Virus record (IMG/VR): IMGVR_UViG_3300007511_000065
Location: 1-34,939 of that record
DNA length: 34,939 bases
DNA from: a virus
Taxonomy: Duplodnaviria; Caudoviricetes
Reading direction: 5' to 3' (one strand)
Made by a program: the position numbers and the translations under genes. The notes under the pieces are model-generated. The model saw nothing but the letters and a program-made list of their open reading frames with translations. It was not told the origin of the DNA and searched no databases. This document shows positions 9,238 to 18,385 of the stretch, piece after piece. How positions within the stretch are numbered: the first letter of the stretch is position 1; each line of letters opens with the position of its first letter.

Positions 9238-10994
9238 CGATCCCCCGTATCTGCATATAAAATCAATGCCAATATATTCATTGGCAATGGATCATTTTGT
9301 AAGACAACTGCTTGACTTTGTCTATCCCAACCACTAGGAAAATTAAGAACTTTATCACCAGTAAATAATGGTGGAGATGATCCCATAGGAGAAGATGATG
9401 GACGTAGCATTGCTGGATCCGTATTACTCTCTGTTGGACCATACTCACAACCTAATGATTCATGGAAACGAATACCCAAAGCAATAATTCTCTTAAGATG
9501 CGTCTGAGAAGTACCAGAAGCTACTCCACCTTCATAATCAACGGTCTGAACTACTGAGGTATAGGCTAAGCCAACTTGAACCTTCGTTGCTGCTTTAGAC
9601 AGAGTAATTCCACCGGAAGAAACTGTCTTAGATGGTTGAACTGCTCCATCAGCTAGAATACTAACTGTTTCACCTTCTAGATGAGATAATCCAGAAATAG
9701 TTGTAGTAGACGTTCCATTATATTCTAAAGAACTATCTACAAAAATAGCGCCATCCTTGTCTTGCGTAGTCAACGGGTAATAGTCTTTACTAATATATTC
9801 TATGTACCTCTTAGTCGATCCATTAATTGTTCTCTTAACAGAGACCCAAACTTCATCTTGTCCTTCTGAACCAGGAATGATTGAAACACTTTCAACTTCA
9901 GAATCTGTTCCACCTAGTATATGTTGAGACCAAGCAATGACATCATCATTAGGTGAAAATGTCATTGATAATAATTGACCTGTATCTGTAACGCACCATG
10001 TAATTTGATTACGCGTTTTCTGGTATTCAATCTGCTTTATAACTGTTTTATTACTTAAATGTTCTGAAAGTATAGATAGATCTTTGCCAGTATAACTGTC
10101 ATTTTCAAAGATGTATTTAAACTCTCTAACTTTGTGTCCTTCTCGCTGGACAAATAGTACTGATGTATCTACTTTAACAGGTTTAACTTGTTGACAACCG
10201 TATGTTGTCTCAAGAGTAATTCTAACGTTTGTTGGAGTCACTGGCTCATTTAAAGCAGAAGCACGAACAATATATTCACCACTAAGGGTTCCTACAGCTA
10301 ATACTTTACCTGATGAGAGCCAGCGAATAGACGATACGTCTCCCGAAGCGATTGTATATCTTAATGACATATCGTCAGCCACGGGAGTCTCAGTATAATC
10401 TTCGTAGTCACCTGTCTTACTTGCAAACAGCTTTTGTGGATCGTTATTTGTTCCACCCCACCATAAACGTTCTTCATAAAAAGCAACTGCTGCAGGACAA
10501 TTATCTGAACCGTCTGCGCCGAATGGATCTGACGTAGGAGTAAAGTTTGATAATGTCCAGGCAGTATGGCCTGTTCTACTAATTTTTCTAGGCTTGTAAC
10601 TCGGATGTGCTAAATATAAAACATCAGCACTTTGTACAAATTGAATTTCGAATAAGTCAGCTTCTAAATAAGGAGTGGAAATCTCATAAGGAGATCCACC
10701 TGAGGTAACTTGACCTTGGTCTTTGAAGACGCGCATATATTGATCACCAAACTCTAAAATATAAGCTTGTGTGAGTGAAAACTCGAAACGAATAAGTCGA
10801 ACTTTCTTAGCGCTATTTTTTACTTCTGCTACGAAACGTGTTCCTGTCCTTCTAAAAACTCCCCCGTGGGTTTGGACAATAACGTTTTTTAATGTCTCTG
10901 CAGTATTAAAATACTTATCGAAGTCTACTCGACCTTTAAGTCTTGGGCTAATTTCCCCTGCGGTAAAATTCGATTGTAGTATTGCTTGTCGCAT
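9234..10994 (-). CDS. Tail tubular protein B (nozzle)
   Basis: QSNFTAGEISPRL.GR.D...Y, GG..RR.GT.FV and QSADVLYLAHP motifs; 586 aa, beta-rich. Confidence 0.92.
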   Translation of the reverse strand: MRQAILQSNFTAGEISPRLKGRVDFDKYFNTAETLKNVIVQTHGGVFRRTGTRFVAEVKNSAKKVRLIRFEFSLTQAYILEFGDQYMRVFKDQGQVTSGGSPYEISTPYLEADLFEIQFVQSADVLYLAHPSYKPRKISRTGHTAWTLSNFTPTSDPFGADGSDNCPAAVAFYEERLWWGGTNNDPQKLFASKTGDYEDYTETPVADDMSLRYTIASGDVSSIRWLSSGKVLAVGTLSGEYIVRASALNEPVTPTNVRITLETTYGCQQVKPVKVDTSVLFVQREGHKVREFKYIFENDSYTGKDLSILSEHLSNKTVIKQIEYQKTRNQITWCVTDTGQLLSMTFSPNDDVIAWSQHILGGTDSEVESVSIIPGSEGQDEVWVSVKRTINGSTKRYIEYISKDYYPLTTQDKDGAIFVDSSLEYNGTSTTTISGLSHLEGETVSILADGAVQPSKTVSSGGITLSKAATKVQVGLAYTSVVQTVDYEGGVASGTSQTHLKRIIALGIRFHESLGCEYGPTESNTDPAMLRPSSSPMGSSPPLFTGDKVLNFPSGWDRQSQAVVLQNDPLPMNILALILYADTGDR

Positions 10995-11551
10995 TATTTT
11001 CTAGCGTTTAACCAAGTGTCTGCTTCTATTTGACCTACAAAGCTCTCTTGACCATCCATGCCACGAGACTCTGTTAGTTTCATATTATAAATATCCCAAA
11101 ACTCTTTTGCAACAGGCATTTGACCAATAAGTGGATAGCATAACTCCGCAGTCAATCTTGCTGAAATAGTATCCCTCAGAAGAGGATCCATAGTGTTTGG
11201 GTCTGTTACTTGCGCGACATATAAGACTTCTAATGACGACGCATCTGATAAAATTTGTTTTCCTTCAACGACGAATGGTTGAGTAGAATCTTTTAGACCT
11301 AGAACTCTAATACAGTCTGAAGGATAATTAAAAGCGTTACTCCAACCCCATGAAGGTGCTGTTGTAACAGGTGCGATTGTTGTGCGTTTAATTGCACAAT
11401 TCCAAGGATGTGCTCTAAGAACAGCATCTCTTGATGGAACATAGCGCTGATTGCATAGGCGAGCTTCTTTTGTATCATCTGTCAATGACGCAATAGTATC
11501 TGCACCTAAACTAATTAGTGCTGCGTTACATATTTCTACAACTGATGCCAT
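10994..11551 (-). CDS. Tail tubular protein A (adaptor)
   Basis: MAS.VEICN.AL..LG, EARLC...Y...RD.VLR.HPWN.A and P.DC.R motifs. Confidence 0.92.
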   Translation of the reverse strand: MASVVEICNAALISLGADTIASLTDDTKEARLCNQRYVPSRDAVLRAHPWNCAIKRTTIAPVTTAPSWGWSNAFNYPSDCIRVLGLKDSTQPFVVEGKQILSDASSLEVLYVAQVTDPNTMDPLLRDTISARLTAELCYPLIGQMPVAKEFWDIYNMKLTESRGMDGQESFVGQIEADTWLNARK

Positions 11552-11567
11552 GGCCTACTCCAGTAGA

Positions 11568-11606
11568 GGGTCCTTCTTCTCCGAGGAGATTGGAGAAGAA
11601 GGACCC
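11568..11606. other. Perfect 15-bp stem-loop between capsid and tail genes
   Basis: GGGTCCTTCTTCTCC-9 nt-GGAGAAGAAGGACCC; no U-tract on the coding (minus) strand. Confidence 0.75.
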
Positions 11607-11612
11607 GTTGCG

Positions 11613-12035
11613 TTAATCTACTGTGTACAAGATAGCGCAAGCAATCGTTCCAGTAGCAGAACCGCCACCAGTTGTGATTACTACGTCAGTTTCAGTAGTA
11701 TTCTCATACCCGAAACCTCCGATTGCACCGTCCGCAGACAGAGATAGATTACCAGCAGTAGCTGCAGCCGTTGCCGTAATATAACGATCATCGTCAGAAG
11801 CATCTCCGACTTTAAGCGTTACACCAGTACCAAGCGCATCGTGATGGATAATAACATCGTATACATTAGCACCTTTAGGCAAACGAGCGATAGTGATGTC
11901 ACTACCTGTTGCCAAAGATGATGCTTCATACGTATCCTTCCAAACACGAAGACGACCTCCAGTCTCATCGACAGGAGCTGCAACAGCGGGAACTGCATCC
12001 AAGTTGGTGATATTAACACCTTTTACACTAGACAT
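11613..12035 (-). CDS. Capsid-associated structural (decoration/minor capsid) protein
   Basis: 140 aa, beta-rich, immediately after the MCP; LPKGA.V and L.VGD..DDDRY motifs. Confidence 0.75.
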   Translation of the reverse strand: MSSVKGVNITNLDAVPAVAAPVDETGGRLRVWKDTYEASSLATGSDITIARLPKGANVYDVIIHHDALGTGVTLKVGDASDDDRYITATAAATAGNLSLSADGAIGGFGYENTTETDVVITTGGGSATGTIACAILYTVD

Positions 12036-12048
12036 GATTTACCCCCTA

Positions 12049-12936
12049 TTAAGTTTCGTCGCACTTGATTTCAACTACACGCTCTTCTTCAACACGAGTA
12101 GCACCAATAGACATGGCGTAATACACGTAAGTAGAGAAACGTTTGTCAGAACGCTCAGTAATCTTAGCTGTAGGCTCTTTACCTACTGCAAGACCAAGAC
12201 CACCCTTATTCCAAGCAATTACACGACGGTAAGAACTAGAATCAGCGTTTAGTCTCTCTGTGCGAACGAAGTTGAATCCCATAAAGGTATTCACGTCGCC
12301 TTGCACAAGCGCTTTAACAGAGTTGTAATCTGAACTTGTTACTTCAGTTGTCTGCAATAGATCATGGATCTGTTTAGCAGAACAAGCAATGTAACGCTCT
12401 TCCGAAGGATCTACTTCCGCGGCATCTAGCTGTTCTTTAGCAGCACGAAGCTTACCAATAGTCAGGCCAGAATTAACCACAGAACCAGATTCAACGTAGT
12501 TCACTGCGATCTGTTGTGAAGAAGGGAATGCAACAGTTGTAGAACCAGTCTCACCTGTATAAGCATTACCAAAAGCACTAGTGATAATTTCATCATCAAT
12601 AGCGCGACCCATTGCCCATGCGGCATTAAGAGCATAAGCACTAGTAGGATCAATCAGAGTTCTGATCTTGTCGAAATCATCAACAAGGTCACCCCAATCA
12701 TAATCAACTAGTGATACACGTCTACGATCGTGTGGCGTGTGGATCAGAGGAGAATCAGCATGACGGCTGGTTACTTTCTGAGCCGATGTAGCACCAATCT
12801 GATCAAAGTAAGCATTCTTACCATTGATCGCCATAGTGTTCACCGCACCACGAAGACGAGACCCTTTCTGCTGCAGGAGGTGCATTACATTTGCACTATA
12901 CTGCTGGACAAAAGCAGTAGTAATTTGATTAGACAT
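12049..12936 (-). CDS. Major capsid protein
   Basis: MSNQITTAFVQQY...LQQKGSRLR, AMGRAIDD.I, TSSDYN.VKALVQG....FMGF.F and GATRVEE. Start moved to ATG 12936 behind RBS AAGGAG. Confidence 0.93.
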   Translation of the reverse strand: MSNQITTAFVQQYSANVMHLLQQKGSRLRGAVNTMAINGKNAYFDQIGATSAQKVTSRHADSPLIHTPHDRRRVSLVDYDWGDLVDDFDKIRTLIDPTSAYALNAAWAMGRAIDDEIITSAFGNAYTGETGSTTVAFPSSQQIAVNYVESGSVVNSGLTIGKLRAAKEQLDAAEVDPSEERYIACSAKQIHDLLQTTEVTSSDYNSVKALVQGDVNTFMGFNFVRTERLNADSSSYRRVIAWNKGGLGLAVGKEPTAKITERSDKRFSTYVYYAMSIGATRVEEERVVEIKCDET

Positions 12937-12969
12937 AATTGTCTCCTTTAACAAAAATTAAACAAGTTT

Positions 12970-13071
12970 TCGAGTGAGCTCCCCGTTAAACGGACCCGTC
13001 TCTACATTCACACGTGTTCCGTGGTAGTCTATCCTACTGTCTGCACGGACCCTAGCCAGAGCTCCCCGTAA
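12970..13071 (-). promoter_or_regulatory. Structured leader between scaffold and major capsid genes
   Basis: Two copies each of ACGGGGAGCTC (13069-13059, 12986-12976) and GGGTCCGT (13052-13045, 12997-12990), able to form the same bulged helix twice. Confidence 0.6.
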
Positions 13072-13875
13072 TCAACCTGAAGCAATATCAGGATGGGCAT
13101 ATTCAAATAGCTTAGCCATTCTTGTAACAGCTTCGCCATGTGTTGGATTAGAAGCGTCACCATAAGATGTCATGAAATCAGCATCTCTTTGTAGAGAAGC
13201 AATCTCACGTTGGGCTTCATCAGGTGTCATTGTGAAGGAGCTATTTCCATCTCCAATCGCAATACTATCCTCAGCCATCGCCATACCAATCTTGGCAAAC
13301 ATCTTAATGACTCTAGGATCATTACCTAGCCCTGATTCTTCTAGTAACTCTATTCCTTCATCACCTCCAAATTCTTGTGCGACACGCGACGCCAGTCCTA
13401 CACGCTCATCATAAGCATTACCAAATTCACCACGAAGGGTTTCTTCAGCTTGTAGACGACGATCTTCTAAAGCAGTTTCTACTTTACCGTATGCATCGAC
13501 GCTAGTCTTATTATACCAATCAAATAAGCCTTCGGCTTGCTTTTTTGATAATCCTAGATTATACGCTGCATCTTTGAATTGTGACAATTGTTCACTATCA
13601 CTTAAAGAACCTGCTTCTTCTCCTGGATTAAACTCATAAGAGGCTGCTTCACTTGGTCTGCCTAACTTATCATAAAAAGTGCCCCAATCAGATTCATCAG
13701 CATTTTGCCCAGGAATAGCCACCTTATCTGCACCGACCATTTTCTGTGCATTAAAATAAGAACGTGCTAGATCTTGAACATTGCCAATATCTTTAAACGC
13801 TGGTTCAGCTCTCAAATCTTCTGGAAGACTATCTGAGAAAGGAACTTCTACTTCTACATCATTTTCACTCATCAT
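13072..13875 (-). CDS. Capsid scaffolding protein
   Basis: Acidic and helical; LPEDLR, LA.SY..AQK.VG, KLGRP and GLGN.P.VIK.F motifs; directly upstream of the MCP. Confidence 0.85.
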   Translation of the reverse strand: MMSENDVEVEVPFSDSLPEDLRAEPAFKDIGNVQDLARSYFNAQKMVGADKVAIPGQNADESDWGTFYDKLGRPSEAASYEFNPGEEAGSLSDSEQLSQFKDAAYNLGLSKKQAEGLFDWYNKTSVDAYGKVETALEDRRLQAEETLRGEFGNAYDERVGLASRVAQEFGGDEGIELLEESGLGNDPRVIKMFAKIGMAMAEDSIAIGDGNSSFTMTPDEAQREIASLQRDADFMTSYGDASNPTHGEAVTRMAKLFEYAHPDIASG

Positions 13876-14128
13876 TGTTTCCTTCTATTATTGCGTCGAT
13901 GTCAGCGGGCGTCAATTTAAGAAGATACATAATTCTTAGGAAGACGTTTCTTTCGCCTTCTCTATAAGCAGTCTCATGTGAATCATTCCTAACGTATGTT
14001 GGATGACCCATGTGGCACTGCTCATATAAATCAGCAAATACTCTTTTACCTTGCTCTGTGCCAAAAACAAAAGAGTAATCTGCGAGTTTTTCTTCAGCAC
14101 TATAGTGGTATACTTGCTTCTCCGGCAC
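13865..14128 (-). CDS. Small conserved head-module protein (Bbp19-like)
   Basis: Y..VFGTEQGKRV..DL ... TAYREGER.V motif between portal and scaffold. Confidence 0.75.
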   Translation of the reverse strand: MPEKQVYHYSAEEKLADYSFVFGTEQGKRVFADLYEQCHMGHPTYVRNDSHETAYREGERNVFLRIMYLLKLTPADIDAIIEGNNDE

Positions 14129-15797
14129 CTAATGCTCCTTGAGCGAAATCACCTTCACCCTTTGCAAATTTACTATATGCCTCAGCAGCACCTTGTGCAC
14201 CTTCAATCATTTGTTGTGCTTCTACTTGTTGCTGTTGCGCCTGTCGTTGTTGATCAACTTCACCTTGCTCCTTCATAATATTAGAAGGAACTGCAAATAA
14301 CTTAGCTACCCATCTGAAGGCTTTATCACCATCTACATTGGTCATTAAGGCAGGATCTGCTTGAATGAATGGAGACATTACTTCCAAGGTTCTAATCAGA
14401 CTTTCAGACTCAATTGCCTTTTGAGCTCGAGCAATAGGTGATACATACTCAATCTCTAGGACTCCAGTCTCTAATCCTGGGGGCCCTTCGGGTAATCTCT
14501 TTGACCTCTCTAATAGTGCATATACTCGTTTAATTAGAGGACCTAGGAACTCTGACTGCATGCGCCCCATCATAGGACTCATAAGTCTCATCTTCTCTTC
14601 CCTACGTTGAAGAACCTCTGTAGCAGTTTGCTCCATATGTGTCTTCTGTTGTGTAGGTGTTAAAAGCATATCTACATAAAAAGCTTTACTAATATGCTGA
14701 CGACGCTGTTCCATCATATCTAGGCCAACAGTAAAACTACCTTGACTCTTAAGAGGTTCAATACGATCTTGCGTACCTGATCTGTAATAATTAAGACCAC
14801 CAGGAACCGTGCGAACAGGGTTCATAAAGCCATCATCAGGAACCATTAAAGGAGGATCAACTGCTTTTTGTGCTGCTTTAATAACGGTCTTACTCATCTC
14901 GTTAAGCATCTTAATATCAGGTAAGACTGTCATTGCAGGAGAACGACCATACGTCTCTCCAACAAGTTTAGACCAACGTGGAACTAAGAATGGAAACTCG
15001 TCATAACCAGACTCGTAAACAACATGCCTAGTATCAATATGAACGTAGTATGATCCATATGCTTTACTCTTCTTATCCTTCTTCTTGAAGCCGTAATCAG
15101 AACGTGGCATTACACAATGAATAAGATCTACTTCTTTATCTTGGTCCTGTTCTGCCTGGCGACGCATCTGAGTAGATAGTGATTCAATACCCCAACGCTG
15201 AATGATCTGTCTAAAGCTCATTCTAACTTTGCGATACAACACATCAATCTTACCTTGATGATTTTCCATAATGAAACAATCAGCAAGATGAAGTGTACTG
15301 AAACGAATGCCCTTGCCTACCTCTTCATCAACATACATGACAGAGGTTCCAAAGGCAGCTGTATCTAAATAAAGCTCATGCGCCTGTGGATTGAAGTTCA
15401 TCTCAGGAGAATTGAAGACATCATACATGGCGCGCTGTGTCTCAAGCAGCCAATCACGAACATCTTTATTCTCTAGAAGTTTCTTATCAGTAAGTGTTAA
15501 AGCAAACCATGGTTGCTCTGGTGAAGTAAGAAATGATTGAAGACCCGCGGCAAGTTGCTCACAAGACCATGGAGCAGTACCATCATAGATCTGCTCTGTT
15601 CTCTTATTACCTTTACTTGTTCTGGTCTGGAAATCTGCTCTACGTGGTAGGACAAGCTCAGCAACCTCTTGCCAGTGGGTTTCCCACGTGGCACGGTTAC
15701 CTTTCATCTTGTCAAACCTTCTGATTATAAAATCAGCGAGTTTAGCCTTTTTTCCAGGGCCAGGACTTAATCCTTTTGATGGATCTTCAATAGCCAT
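14100..15797 (-). CDS. Portal (head-tail connector) protein
   Basis: R..WE.HWQE....VLP, YGRSP....LPD.K.LN and TATEV..R.EEK motifs of T7 gp8-type portals. Confidence 0.95.
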   Translation of the reverse strand: MAIEDPSKGLSPGPGKKAKLADFIIRRFDKMKGNRATWETHWQEVAELVLPRRADFQTRTSKGNKRTEQIYDGTAPWSCEQLAAGLQSFLTSPEQPWFALTLTDKKLLENKDVRDWLLETQRAMYDVFNSPEMNFNPQAHELYLDTAAFGTSVMYVDEEVGKGIRFSTLHLADCFIMENHQGKIDVLYRKVRMSFRQIIQRWGIESLSTQMRRQAEQDQDKEVDLIHCVMPRSDYGFKKKDKKSKAYGSYYVHIDTRHVVYESGYDEFPFLVPRWSKLVGETYGRSPAMTVLPDIKMLNEMSKTVIKAAQKAVDPPLMVPDDGFMNPVRTVPGGLNYYRSGTQDRIEPLKSQGSFTVGLDMMEQRRQHISKAFYVDMLLTPTQQKTHMEQTATEVLQRREEKMRLMSPMMGRMQSEFLGPLIKRVYALLERSKRLPEGPPGLETGVLEIEYVSPIARAQKAIESESLIRTLEVMSPFIQADPALMTNVDGDKAFRWVAKLFAVPSNIMKEQGEVDQQRQAQQQQVEAQQMIEGAQGAAEAYSKFAKGEGDFAQGALGAGEASIPL

Positions 15798-15798
15798 A

Positions 15799-16014
15799 CT
15801 AAGCCCCTAGTTTTCTTTTAAGAACCTTTGCTTCGTCTTTAAGACCTTTAGGTCCCGTCAATATCGTTGACTTTTTACCTTTACCTAGATAGCGCTGCTG
15901 CACTTCTTTTTTCTTTGCTGCCGCTTCTGCTGGAGCACTCTCCGCTCTCGTTGGAGGCGGTGGTGGAGGTGCAGGAGGTGGCGGTGGTGAAGGTGAACTG
16001 AATAATCCAGACAT
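15799..16014 (-). CDS. Small proline-rich virion/assembly protein
   Basis: Poly-Pro tract, then G.KSTILTG..G and a terminal K.LG, typical of the small pre-portal gene; RBS AGGAG. Confidence 0.75.
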   Translation of the reverse strand: MSGLFSSPSPPPPPAPPPPPPTRAESAPAEAAAKKKEVQQRYLGKGKKSTILTGPKGLKDEAKVLKRKLGA

Positions 16015-16024
16015 ATTTTCTCCT

Positions 16025-17317
16025 TTACATTATTGCATATTCATTGTCAGCAAACGCTGGAAGATCTTCATAGTTCCTCTCTTCACGCATGCCAACGGCC
16101 AAATAACGAAAAGCATCTGCACCGTGTGAGGTCCAATCGTGTTTAGGTTTTTCCCTGTACATTCCACGCTTTTCATCATATTCTTTTACGTACTGCTTCA
16201 ATGCGTCGATACCTCGTTCGCATTTTTCTTCATCAAACCAGATTCTAGGAAGGAGCTGTCTAACAGCTGAAATACCGTCTTGAACACCGATCTGTGGAGC
16301 CATTATAAACCGAATACCAAAATTAAGTGCAACTTCTTGTCTACTTTTACCGGTACCTAATTCGCGAACTGCTATATCATGCGGAGCAATATGGTCTCCA
16401 TAGGAATATCCTTTCTCTCTAAGTATAGCAGCATACTCCTCTAACCCACGACCGTTGTCTTCATAATAATCTATTACCCATACCTCCCGATTATTAACCT
16501 GGTAAAACCAGATAGCGGTAGCATCGTGCATACCTATATCCCAAGCAGTATGAACAGGAAGTCTTGGATCATACGGGACGTGAGTAATTCTACCTTCTTC
16601 AACTGCTTTCTTCATACCATCACCGTAATATGATCCTACAAGAGCTGCGTCAAATGAACAGAAGAACTCTTGTTGTATAAGTTCCTCAGGCATTCCTGCT
16701 GCGCGCTCTTCGTCAACAGCTGACATAGGGATTGATCCTGTTTTATCAATGGTCAATTCCTCTGCAAACCAGTTATCATTCTTTTTAGCTTGCTGCATTA
16801 ATTCATAACCATGGTTCCTTCCACGTGGTGTATAAATAAACACTGCCCAACCGCCATTCTCTGCGAGGATTGGTCTAATATAATCCCAAGCTCTAGGATC
16901 CTGTAGTGAATACTCACTGAAAACACAACCAACAGGGTTTGCTCCTACAAGTCTATCAACGTTATCAGTACCTACGACCTGCCAAATAGAACCATTCTTC
17001 AACTCGAGCTTCATCTCAGTATTGTTTACTCCGGTAACTAACTCCTCTGGCCAATGATCCAAGAAGGATCTTCCAGTTTTAGTAATACCATCCCAAACAA
17101 TCTTACGCCCTTGTTGATATGTCGGCAGCAAGTGCCAATAGAGTCCTGGTCTTTTGAATGCAGAATAAATCGTCCAGTTCATTGACGTCATATCCTTACC
17201 TGCTCGTCGATGCCAAACGGCAACGGCTCTTTTTCCCCCGGTAGCCAAATAGTCCCACAATGGAGACTGATACTCACGTGGTGACCAATTCTTAGGAATC
17301 TTTATCTTTGATGCCAT
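16025..17317 (-). CDS. terL: Terminase large subunit
   Basis: PR.YQ, HRRAGKD Walker A variant, VFSEY, TPRGRNH, QEF.CSF.A, nuclease WDIG..D and H..DAFRY. Confidence 0.95.
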   Translation of the reverse strand: MASKIKIPKNWSPREYQSPLWDYLATGGKRAVAVWHRRAGKDMTSMNWTIYSAFKRPGLYWHLLPTYQQGRKIVWDGITKTGRSFLDHWPEELVTGVNNTEMKLELKNGSIWQVVGTDNVDRLVGANPVGCVFSEYSLQDPRAWDYIRPILAENGGWAVFIYTPRGRNHGYELMQQAKKNDNWFAEELTIDKTGSIPMSAVDEERAAGMPEELIQQEFFCSFDAALVGSYYGDGMKKAVEEGRITHVPYDPRLPVHTAWDIGMHDATAIWFYQVNNREVWVIDYYEDNGRGLEEYAAILREKGYSYGDHIAPHDIAVRELGTGKSRQEVALNFGIRFIMAPQIGVQDGISAVRQLLPRIWFDEEKCERGIDALKQYVKEYDEKRGMYREKPKHDWTSHGADAFRYLAVGMREERNYEDLPAFADNEYAIM

Positions 17318-17624
17318 TCGCTTTTTCTACGACTTCTTTATCAGGAGTAAACTGAACAAGTTCAACAGTGATTGAATGATCACCTGACTGCTCTATATCT
17401 ACTGCCTTAAGCTGTGGAGCTACATACCTGGCTAACTCTTTATGACAAGATACTCTCATAGTCATATCCTGCTTTTTATCCTTAGCCACCATGATCATTG
17501 CTTCAATAGGAGAATACTTATGCTTATCCATCATCTCCTTTACAGCTCTAGTCTTAGCTTGCCTAGAAGTAGGCTGCCCTTTCTTAGGACGTCCTGAGCC
17601 ATCTCTCGCGCCACCCCAACTCAT
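17292..17624 (-). CDS. terS: Terminase small subunit
   Basis: GGAR.GSGRPKKG N-terminus and ELA.YV.P.LKAV motif; overlaps the terL start. Confidence 0.75.
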   Translation of the reverse strand: MSWGGARDGSGRPKKGQPTSRQAKTRAVKEMMDKHKYSPIEAMIMVAKDKKQDMTMRVSCHKELARYVAPQLKAVDIEQSGDHSITVELVQFTPDKEVVEKANGIKDKDS

Positions 17625-17655
17625 AATATATGATCTCCGTAAGTGTATAGTTAGG

Positions 17656-17684
17656 ATTGTACCACGTCTCTATAACAATGTAAC
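17656..17684 (-). promoter_or_regulatory. Sigma70-type promoter for the packaging/structural operon
   Basis: GTTACA-17 bp-TACAAT with extended TGn, just upstream of terS. Confidence 0.6.
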
Positions 17685-17747
17685 AATAAATGCGATTAAA
17701 GATTTGATTTTTTCGAACAAAGGGTCTTGTAGCGACTAAACAGGGTT

Positions 17748-17893
17748 ATTGTTATTACTATATAGAGAACTTTTTTAATTTTTCTAAACCCCATGCAAAA
17801 TTGCCAATATGTCCAATAACCCAATAATATCCTTATATATCAATCACTTACGCATATTGGCACCCCTGTCGGTTATTGGCAACTGCCAATAAT
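17748..17893. repeat. 146-bp imperfect direct repeat, copy 1 (origin-like)
   Basis: Matches 32337-32482. AT-rich head, 4x CCAATA plus 2x TATTGG, palindrome TTATTGGCA-AC-TGCCAATAA, and IHF consensus match TATCAATCACTTA at 17838-17850. Confidence 0.9.
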
Positions 17894-17976
17894 ATTGAGC
17901 CTTTTTGTAGGTAGCCAACTATTTTTATCCGTTAGCCTTTCCAAGTCCCCCTAGTTATTTTTACTAATGCTCTTAC

Positions 17977-18125
17977 CCTCGCGCGCCGGCCTGGGGGCCC
18001 CTGCCCGCCCGTCGTCGCACACTCGCACATGCCCGCCCGCCCCTGCGCCCGTGACCGGTCCCGCGGGTACATGCTACATTGCTTATGCCAGCCGAGCTAG
18101 GTCCGGGTTGCCGCGTCAAAGCCGA
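17977..18125. other. GC-rich non-coding island (candidate packaging/terminus site; G4 motif on minus strand)
   Basis: Strongly G+C-rich against an AT-rich background; CCC-G-CCC-G-CCCC-TGCG-CCC at 18032-18050. Confidence 0.55.
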
Positions 18126-18208
18126 GAAGGAGAGTGATAGTATCAAGGCACGTTATAGCCGATGCCAGACAACTGCTGATTGTCGGAAAACAAATTGCAA
18201 AAAAAGTG

Positions 18209-18237
18209 TTTACATTGTCGGTCAACCGATGTATAAT
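18209..18237 (+). promoter_or_regulatory. Strong sigma70-type early promoter
   Basis: TTTACA-17 bp-TATAAT with an A-tract UP element; palindrome TCGGT-CA-ACCGA in the spacer. Confidence 0.85.
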
Positions 18238-18244
18238 AGCACTA

Positions 18245-18292
18245 ACGGGTGAGAAATTGGATTGACAGTTTCAAGCTCGTGGCTCTTTAACA
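18245..18292 (+). promoter_or_regulatory. Hairpin plus boxA antitermination-like element
   Basis: GCTCTTTAACA (18282-18292) matches rrn boxA and follows a possible hairpin (18245-18280) in the early leader. Confidence 0.6.
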
Positions 18293-18385
18293 ATTAGGTA
18301 TGGTATTGATTTCAATGACATTGGAGGATGTTTCATTCTCTGATTGTTGAAGATTTTTAAACGTTCTAAGAAAGGAGAATTTATC

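Noticed and set aside
11613-12060. T7-style frameshift extension of the capsid protein
   Set aside because: The MCP ends in tandem stops (TAA TAG), no slippery site was seen, and the next gene has its own start.
1332-17739. Plus-strand and nested ORFs within the structural operon (e.g. 5034-5306, 6362-6715, 11893-12252, 17491-17739)
   Set aside because: Antisense or out-of-frame shadows of well-supported genes, with no RBS or recognisable motifs.
17748-17893. CCAATA repeats as a CRISPR array, or the 146-bp repeats as attL/attR or terminal repeats
   Set aside because: No regular repeat-spacer period and no cas or integrase gene; the copies are imperfect, internal and flanked by phage genes on both sides.
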